A stretch of DNA of 63,960 bases from an uncultured virus (IMG/VR IMGVR_UViG_3300029985_000693) (IMGVR_UViG_3300029985_000693:62001-125960); one strand, 5' to 3'; numbered from the stretch's first letter, positions 39,104 to 48,673 are shown. Notes: generated by a model from the letters alone, not told the origin. Made by a program: numbers and translations.

Positions 39104-40495
39104 TTAAAATGTTGAAGCGATATTATCAAGCAACACATTCTTGCGGGGCTGATAGCCTCGAACGCAGAGGAAGCGGAAATGACCCTCAGGTTGGGATAAG
39201 TCAGTTACCGCTAGCTTTACTCGGCTGTATGGGCTTAGTTCGGCAAAGTCCCACGTATCTGATTGGAACGCAGTACCAGTAACGAAACCAGGGATACGAT
39301 TGCCTAGGTCCGTAAAGGTTACAGTGGTCGCACCAGGGGTTACCGCTACGTTACCAATGAACTTGAACGTTGAACCACCGGCCGCAGTACGGAATACGCG
39401 GCAGAACTTAACCGGTTGCGTAACAGTGATTACAGAGGCTACTTGCTGACCGGCCGCAGTGATGGTCGCAGTAATGGCAGGTGATAGAACTGATTCACCA
39501 ATTTCATTAACTGAGGTCGCCTTGTATTGGTAAACATCGCCCGCATTGAACGCCGTGCTGCCTGACGTAATGCTCGCAGCGCCCATGGAAGGAGCCGCAG
39601 GGCTGTTCGCACGAGTCGGATCAGGACCAGTACGGCCTGAGAGGAAGCGTGACGCGGTTAGACGCATCGTGCCACCTGAAACCCATTGCCTACGTAGATC
39701 CGCCCCGGTCGCGTCTTGAGGTGAGTTCGCTAAGATAATGCGTTCTTTGCCTAGAGCGATCTTGTTGTACGCTGATAGCGTCTTTGGATCTAGGAGGAAT
39801 TCATCGGCTGAACCCATGTTCATCGCTGAACGAACTGAGCAGTCCTCTAGGTTGGTTTGCTGTAGAACCGTGCCGCATTGTAGAACTACCGTGTCATCGG
39901 AACCATACGCACCGAACATGAGGTCGTGGGCGTTACGTTGTGAGTCTGATTGACGAACTTGAACGGTAACACCGCTCATATTCGCTAGGGACGGGATAGC
40001 GTTCGGGTTACCATCAAATACGCCCGCATTGCTAAAGTCGTCCTTGCCGCGCCAACCGTCGAACTCGATATCGCCAGCGATTTTCTTGGTCGCATCTGAC
40101 GCAGCGCGTTCCTCGTTGCCCTTGCCATCGACCGTATCAACTAGCGTCGCTTGGAGGGTAACCCTACGAATTGAGGAGTAGTAGCTCATAGGATAAACGA
40201 TACGAACGAACGAGCTTACTTCCTCTTGACCGATCGCACCTTCGATTACAGCTGAACCACCAAAGATACCGTAGCTTAGTTGACGATCAAACTGAGCGGT
40301 AGTAGCCTTAATCGGCTTAACTTTGAGTAGCTTCTGGAGACGAATCGCATCGTCACCGAAAGTAACTACATGCATTACGTCCGAAAGGTCTTCGCGTTGT
40401 AGCGCGGCACCTTGGGTTAGAGTGGAAGGAGCGGCATTGTAATTGCCCGCTTCTAGGGCTTTCGTTAGATCCATTAAAGTTTGAAGTGCGTCCAT
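39104..40495 (-). CDS. major capsid protein (SPO1/Twort-type)
   Basis: LTKALEAG...GAALQREDL N-terminus, KIAGDIE..GW.G, Fn3-like YQYKATSVNEIGES insertion; strongly biased codons; terminator. Confidence 0.88.
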   Translation of the reverse strand: MDALQTLMDLTKALEAGNYNAAPSTLTQGAALQREDLSDVMHVVTFGDDAIRLQKLLKVKPIKATTAQFDRQLSYGIFGGSAVIEGAIGQEEVSSFVRIVYPMSYYSSIRRVTLQATLVDTVDGKGNEERAASDATKKIAGDIEFDGWRGKDDFSNAGVFDGNPNAIPSLANMSGVTVQVRQSDSQRNAHDLMFGAYGSDDTVVLQCGTVLQQTNLEDCSVRSAMNMGSADEFLLDPKTLSAYNKIALGKERIILANSPQDATGADLRRQWVSGGTMRLTASRFLSGRTGPDPTRANSPAAPSMGAASITSGSTAFNAGDVYQYKATSVNEIGESVLSPAITATITAAGQQVASVITVTQPVKFCRVFRTAAGGSTFKFIGNVAVTPGATTVTFTDLGNRIPGFVTGTAFQSDTWDFAELSPYSRVKLAVTDLSQPEGHFRFLCVRGYQPRKNVLLDNIASTF

Positions 40496-40535
40496 GATAT
40501 TTCCTTTGTTCCTTTATTAGAGGTGTATTGCTAAA

Positions 40536-41438
40536 TTATGACAACAGATGCTTAATTGCTGAAACGTCGATTTCGCCTAAGAAGTAATGCATGACCGTAT
40601 CTAATTCGTGTTTAGATAGGTTTCCTGATTCTACTTTCTTGTTAAGAGCAGTACGTATTTCGCTCTTGCTAAGCGTAGGGACTTCTTCGGGCGTCTTAAC
40701 GTCTATACCAGTAAATGACTTACGCATCGGCTGGGTGATCTTGTTAATGGCATTAATCGCCATATCTAAGGTCTTGGAGAGGTCAACAACCTTGGTCTCT
40801 AATTCTTTATTAGATTTCTTTAGGTCGTTAATTTCCGTTTCTGATTTCATTGCTGGAGCCGGAGCCGGAGCAGCCGCAGGAGCAGCAGGAGCCGCCGCAG
40901 GGGCTGGAGCGGGAGTGCCGCCCATACCTTGAGGAGCCGGAGCCGCTGATTGCGCCATTTTGGCTTCAATAACTTGCTTGATAGCCATAAAGTGGGCTTC
41001 TAGGCTTTGTGGGTCTAGTTTTCCATATTCGGCTGATAGTTGTTCCGGGGTAACACCCTGATCTTGCGCAGGATCTTGCCCAGGGGCCGGAGGTAGACCC
41101 GCATCAGGCGTCATTCCGGTGTCGGCAATGGCGTTATTCGGATCTTCTGAAGGCCCCGCGTCCGGAGGACCACCGGCACCACAAGTGGGGCAAGCAGATC
41201 CCCCAGCCGGAGCTTCTGATTCACTAGCCGGAGGAGCACTAGGAGAAGGACTCGGAGCTTCCGCAGTCTCGCTAGCTTCGTCAGGAGAACCTTCAGACGG
41301 AGCGCCAGCCCCATCCTCGTCCTTGGCTAAGGCCGCAGTTCCTTCGCTTTGGCTCTTTTTGAGAGCATCAGCGAAGAGATTGTGGGCCTCCTTAACGAGC
41401 GTATCAAGCTCTGATTTAGTAATATTTTCGAAATCCAT
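40536..41438 (-). CDS. capsid scaffold protein
   Basis: Acidic Ala/Pro-rich, coiled coil, many xxKS motifs, upstream of capsid gene. Confidence 0.7.
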   Translation of the reverse strand: MDFENITKSELDTLVKEAHNLFADALKKSQSEGTAALAKDEDGAGAPSEGSPDEASETAEAPSPSPSAPPASESEAPAGGSACPTCGAGGPPDAGPSEDPNNAIADTGMTPDAGLPPAPGQDPAQDQGVTPEQLSAEYGKLDPQSLEAHFMAIKQVIEAKMAQSAAPAPQGMGGTPAPAPAAAPAAPAAAPAPAPAMKSETEINDLKKSNKELETKVVDLSKTLDMAINAINKITQPMRKSFTGIDVKTPEEVPTLSKSEIRTALNKKVESGNLSKHELDTVMHYFLGEIDVSAIKHLLS

Positions 41439-41465
41439 ATATACCTTTCTTTTCCGTAGCTTTTA

Positions 41466-41990
41466 TTAGCTTTGGTTGGTGAGAGGATTGTATTGATCGA
41501 TAACGAAGGAGGGTGAGAGTTGCGTGGCGGCTAGTACGTTGGCTGGGGTTGGAGCAGTTCCGGCCGTGGTTAGAACGAGCGTAACGCGCATGCCAGTTCC
41601 AATGCAGTCACCGATAACTTGTAGACGAGCAGCTTCGTTGGTCCAAATGGTGTTATTGCTGGTGTGGTAGTTTTCGAAACCCATTAGGAGTTGGTGAGGC
41701 GTATATACTTCCTGCGCGTTGCCAATTGAGTTGTTCCAAACGTTTGACGCAACGCCCGTGGTGAGATTTAATTGCTCTGGTAGGAGGATGAGTGACGCTG
41801 AGTTGCTATTGCTGCCTGAAGCTTGGGTACCAATTAGGACCGCAGGCTGAACTGAGCCAGGGCCGCTACCAACAGTAATGGTAGTATTGGTTACAGTGAT
41901 ATTCGCCCCGGATGAGCCTTGGCCTTGTAGGCGAAGGCTTAGGTCGTTGGCTAGCTGAGCAGCTACGTTCATTGCTTTAAAAGTGGCCAT
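41466..41990 (-). CDS. putative virion structural protein
   Basis: Co-oriented with scaffold/capsid, same codon bias, Thr/Gly/Asn-rich. Confidence 0.6.
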   Translation of the reverse strand: MATFKAMNVAAQLANDLSLRLQGQGSSGANITVTNTTITVGSGPGSVQPAVLIGTQASGSNSNSASLILLPEQLNLTTGVASNVWNNSIGNAQEVYTPHQLLMGFENYHTSNNTIWTNEAARLQVIGDCIGTGMRVTLVLTTAGTAPTPANVLAATQLSPSFVIDQYNPLTNQS

Positions 41991-42087
41991 AATAGTGTTT
42001 TCCTTTAGAAAGTGTGGTTAGGGCTTCTTGCTTACCCTGACCTACAACATAAGTTTGAGATATAATTAGGGAAACAATTTTAGTAAC

Positions 42088-42483
42088 ATGGAAAAAACAT
42101 ACCCCCAAACCAAGATTTGTGTTATTTGCAAAAGAGAATTAGACACCAAGAAGGATTTTTACGTAAGAGATATTGATTCTAGTTGCCCTAGAAGTGAGTG
42201 TAAGGCTTGCTTTATTATCAATAAGAGAATGCGCAAATATAATAAGTTTTGTTCAGAGTGTCATCTACCGTGCCGTCCAAAACGTAACGGTAAATGCTAT
42301 AAATGCAACAAAAGACAAGGGCTACGAGAATGCTCCCGGTGCTTTCAGTTGCTTTCTTATTATTTGAGCTTTTACAAGGATAGGGGTTCTGTATGCAAAA
42401 AATGCTATCTAAAGGGTCTAAGGAAGACTCGTAAGAAGGATGCTTTTGAACAGTTCTATGAAATACTATCCAAGTTTATGTAG
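42088..42483 (+). CDS. Cys-rich zinc-finger protein
   Basis: Six CxxC pairs, basic. Confidence 0.65.
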   Translation: MEKTYPQTKICVICKRELDTKKDFYVRDIDSSCPRSECKACFIINKRMRKYNKFCSECHLPCRPKRNGKCYKCNKRQGLRECSRCFQLLSYYLSFYKDRGSVCKKCYLKGLRKTRKKDAFEQFYEILSKFM

Positions 42484-42487
42484 GTGT

Positions 42488-43348
42488 TTATCCCACATCT
42501 GAGGCAAAATTGGTTAATGTGTACAGAGATTTAATTCTACGCATTATATCGTCGTATTGTTTAGACATGTTATCTATGGCGTTCTGATAAACCTGGGGTC
42601 CAGATGAGGATGTACTTTGATTCATCCCATCCAACCCTAACGATTGACTATTAACCAAAGCCCTAGTGGCTTGTAATTGTTGTAGAATTAGACAAGAAGC
42701 CTTTAGTCCTATAGCTTCATTAAGGATGTTTGGAACCAAACTGTCAGGAAAACCGACAGTATACTCAACGTAGAAATAGTTGGTCAGCCAGCTGTTACCA
42801 GCCAAGCCATTACCCAGCCAAAAGATACCCCCTCCAGCCCCATTGTTATTGGTAGCGAATTGACCCTGAGAATAAACTCCAACCCCTATGGCTGTAAGCG
42901 ATACCACTCCAGCGTATAACATCGAAGTATCTATCCACTCGTTAGGGAATATGTATTGGTCTATTTCTTGTCCACCGATACGAATAGACAATTGCTTAAT
43001 GCTATTTACTGGCAAAGACTTTAACTTCATGTAGTTTTGTGTTTTAAATAACTGATAATCATATGGTAACTTATCGGTCATTTGCTTTTCCATTATATTT
43101 AGACCAGTGGCTTCTATAATGGAAATTGCCCTTTCGATCTGTTTAAATATAATAGTGTCCGACATCGCTTGTTTTTGTCCGGTAGTTGGATTTGGGAACG
43201 GTGAAACTAATGGGATCCCCCAAAGATACTCATCCCTTATTTGTTGGGCGGTGATTAATGGACCGCAATTGCTAAAACCACTGGAATTAACCTCTCCAGG
43301 TTGAAACAAACTACCTAATGATGGCTTAGCACCTTGTTGATTGGACAT
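42488..43348 (-). CDS. putative head-tail adaptor/neck protein
   Basis: YLWGIPL, VEYTVGF, SQSLGLDGMNQSTS, as in SPO1-like connector proteins. Confidence 0.65.
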   Translation of the reverse strand: MSNQQGAKPSLGSLFQPGEVNSSGFSNCGPLITAQQIRDEYLWGIPLVSPFPNPTTGQKQAMSDTIIFKQIERAISIIEATGLNIMEKQMTDKLPYDYQLFKTQNYMKLKSLPVNSIKQLSIRIGGQEIDQYIFPNEWIDTSMLYAGVVSLTAIGVGVYSQGQFATNNNGAGGGIFWLGNGLAGNSWLTNYFYVEYTVGFPDSLVPNILNEAIGLKASCLILQQLQATRALVNSQSLGLDGMNQSTSSSGPQVYQNAIDNMSKQYDDIMRRIKSLYTLTNFASDVG

Positions 43349-43401
43349 ATTTAATTAAAATTGCTATTTGCTACAAAAGGTGAGGTAATTTTATATGTAA
43401 A

Positions 43402-45330
43402 ATGGACAAACACAACAACCAGACCATGGATAATTCCCAATCTCAACCCACAAACAAAAATTTATCCATGATTATAGATGGACTAGTATCTGTAGAGTCG
43501 CCCGATAAGAGTGCAGAAACACTTTCTATCGAAGGGGCCGACATCTCTTCTCTTGTTGGTGGATCTCTCAACAGAGAGCATGCCGATACTAAAGAGTTTG
43601 GTTTTTCCTCTGTTGTCGGAAAGTGTATATATGCAGTAAAATTAATAAAAAGAACCGATTGTTCCAACGATAGAGAATTAAGTTTTTGGGATAAATGGGA
43701 ATTACCGTGCATTTACGCAAAGTTTAGATTGTTCAATGATCACGAAGAATCTCTCGCTGCACAGTCTATCATTAGGGATAGTTTTATTAACAATGAATCT
43801 CTTCCCGGCCTTTCAATAGAAGGAAAAACAATTAAACAAGAAGGCTCCATATTAAAATCCACAATTGCTAGGGATGTTGCTTTAACCTTTAAACCAGCCA
43901 ACGCAGCTTGTATAACTGGTGTTTTAGAGGATCCAGTTATTGGCTATAAATACCAAGAAGTAGAAGAAGAGGAACTAGGTAAATCCCTAGAGGCTGGTAA
44001 TTGTAATTCGGCTCCCGGAACCCTTACTCAGGGAGCGGCCCTACAAAGAGAATCCATAGGGAATAAGGTAGCCAAGGTTAAGGTACCCAAGGGTTGGAAA
44101 GACATTTACAAAAAACTTTCTGTTAAATATGGAGTTCAAAAAGCCCTGGAAGCTGTAATGGAAGCTTCTAGTACCCAAAAATCAGAATTAAAGGTAGAAT
44201 CGGTGGTCTCCAATCTTCCTACCGTAGAGGCATCCCCCTTGCTTTTGAAGTTCGAAAGTGATATCGTAGAATTTAAACAAGTGGTTTTGGACCTTGGTCG
44301 GCTAATTAAGGCTGAAAAGGATTCATCTCCAGTAATAACTATGCGTGACAATCCGGAAATCAAATATAAGGTCCTAGGGGAAGACCCCAACTTTTATTAC
44401 CTAAAACACTATAAGGATGAAGGTATTCCTGGTAACATAACTAAGGTCCGTAGGTTTGCTATCGACCAATTCTTTGATACCTCCAATCTACCCAAGAATC
44501 ACACTGAGACTTCTACCGATGATGCGGTAACCAAGTTTACTCATTCTGCCAACCAATTATCTTTGTTAAATGGTATTAATCTAACATCCAAGACCAAGCC
44601 TCCAGAGCACTACAGGGAGGGTGTAAATAGTAATTACCCAGATAAACCATTTTGGACTAAGAACAAAAACAAACAAGCGGTATATATCAAAAACAACATA
44701 TCCGACATTCCCAATCAGGCTGAACATGAAGGTATTTATAACCTATTTGGTCATAAGTATTTTGGCTTGGGAGAACACTTACCGGTAGTTTCTGTATTCA
44801 AACACCCAATTACAGGAGTTAACACTTTGGCTGTCGAAGGTATCCCTAACGTTAGCCATCTACGCAAATACCATGACGATGAAAAGAACACAGACGCTCC
44901 GGTATTGGATCATTGTGACTGTCTAGCCCACAACGGTTCTAATGGCAATTTAGATCGCCTATTTCTAGCGGATTGGTTGCTTGGAAAACAAGACCGCTCT
45001 CGTATGAATATGCTATTTAATAATAAAGATACCTCTAAATTGCATATAATCGATAATTCCAATCTCTTTACTCCAACAAAAGAGTTAACCCAAACCGGAA
45101 TATATCCCAAGTACTCTATGTACTACGATAGGGTGAATCCAGCTTTCAACAAAGAAACCCTTCCTTGGTTTCAAGGACTCAACCTCCCATCCATGATAGC
45201 TGATTTAGGTAAGATGGGTGTTAGCCATGATCAAATAGCTGGGGTTATGTCTAGATACGCTCAAGCAGCCAAAGCACTATCCGATCCACAAGGTAGCCGT
45301 AGTAAGCTTTGGCATGGAGGCTACACCTAA
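43402..45330 (+). CDS. prohead protease fused to C-terminal HipA/PI3-PI4-kinase-like domain
   Basis: IDG..S.E..DKSAE, LNREH, GLSIEG, VALT.KPAN; C-terminal YIK, DWLLGKQDRSRMN, IIDNS. Confidence 0.75.
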   Translation: MDKHNNQTMDNSQSQPTNKNLSMIIDGLVSVESPDKSAETLSIEGADISSLVGGSLNREHADTKEFGFSSVVGKCIYAVKLIKRTDCSNDRELSFWDKWELPCIYAKFRLFNDHEESLAAQSIIRDSFINNESLPGLSIEGKTIKQEGSILKSTIARDVALTFKPANAACITGVLEDPVIGYKYQEVEEEELGKSLEAGNCNSAPGTLTQGAALQRESIGNKVAKVKVPKGWKDIYKKLSVKYGVQKALEAVMEASSTQKSELKVESVVSNLPTVEASPLLLKFESDIVEFKQVVLDLGRLIKAEKDSSPVITMRDNPEIKYKVLGEDPNFYYLKHYKDEGIPGNITKVRRFAIDQFFDTSNLPKNHTETSTDDAVTKFTHSANQLSLLNGINLTSKTKPPEHYREGVNSNYPDKPFWTKNKNKQAVYIKNNISDIPNQAEHEGIYNLFGHKYFGLGEHLPVVSVFKHPITGVNTLAVEGIPNVSHLRKYHDDEKNTDAPVLDHCDCLAHNGSNGNLDRLFLADWLLGKQDRSRMNMLFNNKDTSKLHIIDNSNLFTPTKELTQTGIYPKYSMYYDRVNPAFNKETLPWFQGLNLPSMIADLGKMGVSHDQIAGVMSRYAQAAKALSDPQGSRSKLWHGGYT

Positions 45331-45331
45331 T

Positions 45332-45802
45332 ATGCAAATCTTTAATATTCACAGAATCCATATAAATCCAGAAGGTGAAACCCAGCGACAATTAGTAGGT
45401 AAATACTCATTGGATAATGGGTTGTTTAACGTATTGGAAGACCATGAGGGTGTTTTCGATGGAGCCCAAAGTGGCGGTCAAGTAACTCCAGACCTACAAG
45501 CCACTTTAGATGGTTTTAACTCCAGCTCCTATTATCAAACTGAAGATATAGACAGTATGGAGTATAAGCTAGGGGAAATACCAGAAAGCACCGTTACCGA
45601 TTTAGCCCACCTACATAACGATATGTTGGCTAAAAATCCCACCCAGGAATTTACACTGGCCAGAGACGGTAAAGCCTACAAATTATGCTATAATCATGCC
45701 TTGGGTACCTTTACCATAAATAATAGTAGCGCCACTCCAGAAGAAATAGACTCCATCCTAGAAGAGGTACGTTCCGGTAGAGCAGCTTTAGAGGGTCTAT
45801 AA
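45332..45802 (+). CDS. hypothetical protein
   Basis: Coupled to protease gene; acidic. Confidence 0.6.
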   Translation: MQIFNIHRIHINPEGETQRQLVGKYSLDNGLFNVLEDHEGVFDGAQSGGQVTPDLQATLDGFNSSSYYQTEDIDSMEYKLGEIPESTVTDLAHLHNDMLAKNPTQEFTLARDGKAYKLCYNHALGTFTINNSSATPEEIDSILEEVRSGRAALEGL

Positions 45803-45804
45803 TT

Positions 45805-46932
45805 ATGAATTGGTTAGATGATTTAATAAAAAACAATCCTACCTTCAAGGAATCACTAGAAAATCTAGGGGGTTCGGGAGGGGGAGTGTCTTCAGATGAT
45901 GTTCAAAGACTTAATAATCATCTAAATACAGACACGCTTACTGGTCTTGGCAACCGTAAGGCTTATAACGAACATATATCCAAAAATCCAGAAGGATTCC
46001 ACATACACATAGAAGGCAACGATCACGGGCATTTAACTAAAACCCATGGGATTGGCCCATCTGAAGACGCCTTAAAAGCCTACGCTACGTCTGCCCAATC
46101 GGCGATGGACACTATGGTTGGCAGAGGTAAGGGAAAACTATTTAGATTGGAAGGTGATAAGTTCGTAGCCCACATCCCTACCGAAGCTGAAGCTCATTCA
46201 TTTGTAAGAGCTTTCAGGAATCATCTAGAGTCCCATCCTCCTGTCATGGGAACCCACAATATGGCTGCTACGATTGGGATTGGTTCTAACCAACTAGAAG
46301 CATCTGGAGCCTTGAAAGAAGCCAAGGCGGACCGTAAGGCTATGGGTTACGAAAAGGGTAGTTCTAAAACCCACATCAAAATTCATGGTTCTGATATTTA
46401 TAAATCAGAATCAGAATTTCCGGATTTACAGAAAATGGCCATCAAGGGCTTGGCTCCTGGACCTCAGGTCCAACAAGATATCTACGATTATTCCCACCTA
46501 CTAACTCCAGCCCATAGGGCTTCTGGCTATAAAGTACAGCTTAAGTCTAGACGAGTAGGTCATGGTAGGCATACGTTGGAGTCCAACATCTTCCATAACG
46601 AGATCCCAGTTGGATTCGCTTCTTCTTTCATGGAACCAGACCATTTAGGGCGTCCAGCCGTCAATATAGAGCACTCCAACATAGAGCCTGAACACCAACG
46701 TAAGGGTCTTGGAGTAGCGGCATACGAAGCCCTATTGACTCATGGCCATCATAAGCTTGGAGCTACCAGGGTTGCAGGAGACATACATTCCACCTCTGCC
46801 TCTGGAGTCCACCAAAAGCTTTCCGACAAGCACGGTATGGACTATAAACCTCAAGATAACCCGAATAAGTTTCACGATCAAACGGGTCCTTACGACAACA
46901 GATTCTCAGAATATAATTATCCCATAAAGTAG
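45805..46932 (+). CDS. degenerate GGDEF domain fused to GNAT acetyltransferase
   Basis: DTLTGLGNR, FRLEGDKF; IEPEHQRKGLG acetyl-CoA motif. Confidence 0.75.
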   Translation: MNWLDDLIKNNPTFKESLENLGGSGGGVSSDDVQRLNNHLNTDTLTGLGNRKAYNEHISKNPEGFHIHIEGNDHGHLTKTHGIGPSEDALKAYATSAQSAMDTMVGRGKGKLFRLEGDKFVAHIPTEAEAHSFVRAFRNHLESHPPVMGTHNMAATIGIGSNQLEASGALKEAKADRKAMGYEKGSSKTHIKIHGSDIYKSESEFPDLQKMAIKGLAPGPQVQQDIYDYSHLLTPAHRASGYKVQLKSRRVGHGRHTLESNIFHNEIPVGFASSFMEPDHLGRPAVNIEHSNIEPEHQRKGLGVAAYEALLTHGHHKLGATRVAGDIHSTSASGVHQKLSDKHGMDYKPQDNPNKFHDQTGPYDNRFSEYNYPIK

Positions 46933-46937
46933 GTTAA

Positions 46938-47108
46938 ATGGAATTTAACAAAAGATTGTTCAAGTCCTTTAGATTTTGTAAACACGATTGGATTGAAGAA
47001 CATACCGAGTTGGAGTATTTAAAATATAGGGAAGAATTGTTATTTGATTGCGATCTTTGTAAAAAAACTGTAGTGTACAATCTTAAGGCCAGGGAATCCC
47101 GAGAGTAA
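46938..47108 (+). CDS. small CxH/CxxC protein (same family as 49.4-52.4 kb array)
   Basis: FRFCKH...CDLC, 56 aa. Confidence 0.55.
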   Translation: MEFNKRLFKSFRFCKHDWIEEHTELEYLKYREELLFDCDLCKKTVVYNLKARESRE

Positions 47109-47133
47109 TTTTAGGGGTAACCTAAGAGGACTC

Positions 47134-48039
47134 TTGGATACCATAAAAGCCCCAAATACATTAAAGTACTATTCCGATGATATTTCCGATAAAGAAATAG
47201 CTGAAGGTCTAGAAGATGAGCATCCTTTGGTGGTGTTGGCTGCTCGTAAGGCTCAAGCCAAGCGTAAGGGGATTGGGTTCGTCCACGGTTTGAATATAAC
47301 GCACAGCGTTGTATCTGTTGGGGGAAAACACCTAGACCAAATATTCCTACACGCTCCGGTTGGATTCTCTGAGGATCCTGTAGTTCAAAAGGTAATGGCT
47401 AACTACAACCAAAAGTTCCATCACTTTAACCCTCATTTCGATGGGACGGTTTTGGGTTATGTTACGTATGGGGATGGAATGGTTCATTTTGCTAGCTTCC
47501 CATTCTTGGATACCAATACCGTGGATCCTGTTTATGAGTTTATGGGTATTACCCAACCCTACCTAAACAACGAATTTACGGGGATCTTACGTACCGGAGT
47601 TTCTGATTACCTAGGTATAAAGCCAGAAGACCTAACCGGTTATATTGAAAATATCCTTAGTGGATACCTAGGGACTTTCATTTCTATTCCATCCAGTAAT
47701 GACCATTTAACTAATTATTTGATTGCCACCGTACCTTTAAAGGGAGAGCAGTGGGATACAATGAACAAACTTTCCCTGTATTCGGATGTTGGTTCAAACA
47801 TGGAGTTGTTCCAAACCATGTTCAAGTATCTATTTGACGAGTCTTACCAGAAAGAGATAACCGATAAGGCTGTTAATGGGACCAATGGGTGGGATACTTA
47901 CCTACGTACCGCCTGGATCATGCTTCAATCCCGTCTAGCCTCCATCTCCAAAGAAGAGATTGAATATTATGAACAAAACAATGGGGCTTGTAATTTCTAC
48001 AATCCCGAAGTAACTGTAAGTCCAATGAAAGAAGAATAA
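47134..48039 (+). CDS. hypothetical protein
   Basis: 301 aa, TTG start with GAGG upstream. Confidence 0.65.
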   Translation: MDTIKAPNTLKYYSDDISDKEIAEGLEDEHPLVVLAARKAQAKRKGIGFVHGLNITHSVVSVGGKHLDQIFLHAPVGFSEDPVVQKVMANYNQKFHHFNPHFDGTVLGYVTYGDGMVHFASFPFLDTNTVDPVYEFMGITQPYLNNEFTGILRTGVSDYLGIKPEDLTGYIENILSGYLGTFISIPSSNDHLTNYLIATVPLKGEQWDTMNKLSLYSDVGSNMELFQTMFKYLFDESYQKEITDKAVNGTNGWDTYLRTAWIMLQSRLASISKEEIEYYEQNNGACNFYNPEVTVSPMKEE

Positions 48040-48043
48040 ATAT

Positions 48044-48337
48044 ATGTTTAAAATAGGCCGCGCTACATTTTGTGATTCTTGTGGTAATATACGTTTAACT
48101 AAGGTTTTAAACCAAGGCAAGACCAATCACCACGAAATGCTATTGGGGCGATTTGATCGTCACTCAATTATCCATCAAGAACCAAGCGAATTCCCATATA
48201 CTTGCTTGGACTGCAAGAAGGTTGTCACCGACCCAAACGCTCCGGCTCCAGTGGTGGCTCCAGTGGTAACCAAGGTCTCCGTAAAGACCCCAGAACCGGT
48301 TATCCACCTAGCTCCTGAAGATGAAATCAAGGAATAA
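48044..48337 (+). CDS. zinc-ribbon protein
   Basis: CDSC...CLDC. Confidence 0.6.
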   Translation: MFKIGRATFCDSCGNIRLTKVLNQGKTNHHEMLLGRFDRHSIIHQEPSEFPYTCLDCKKVVTDPNAPAPVVAPVVTKVSVKTPEPVIHLAPEDEIKE

Positions 48338-48673
48338 CTAGGTTGTTGGTTTTACAGTAAAATCAATTAAATCTGAATAAATACTATTTAAGGCTTCGGC
48401 GTCCAGCCGGGGCCTTTCTAGTTCCAGGAAGGTCTCTTCATCCAGTAGTACTACCTCCCTAGTAAGTTTCTTGGGAATGTCGTCTAGATTTAGGTGTATA
48501 ATATACATTTCTGACTTAGCTGCATCCAAATCTACCACGTTTACTATAACCAAGCTCTGGTCTACCATAGGATCTACCCATACCGTATATCGAGAAGGAT
48601 CCGCTCTGGTTAAAACAGAGTCCATAATTGCATCTACCTTGCCGTGCCAACTACCCTTCTTTACGTCTAGCAT
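48338..48673 (-). CDS. hypothetical protein
   Basis: 111 aa. Confidence 0.6.
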   Translation of the reverse strand: MLDVKKGSWHGKVDAIMDSVLTRADPSRYTVWVDPMVDQSLVIVNVVDLDAAKSEMYIIHLNLDDIPKKLTREVVLLDEETFLELERPRLDAEALNSIYSDLIDFTVKPTT

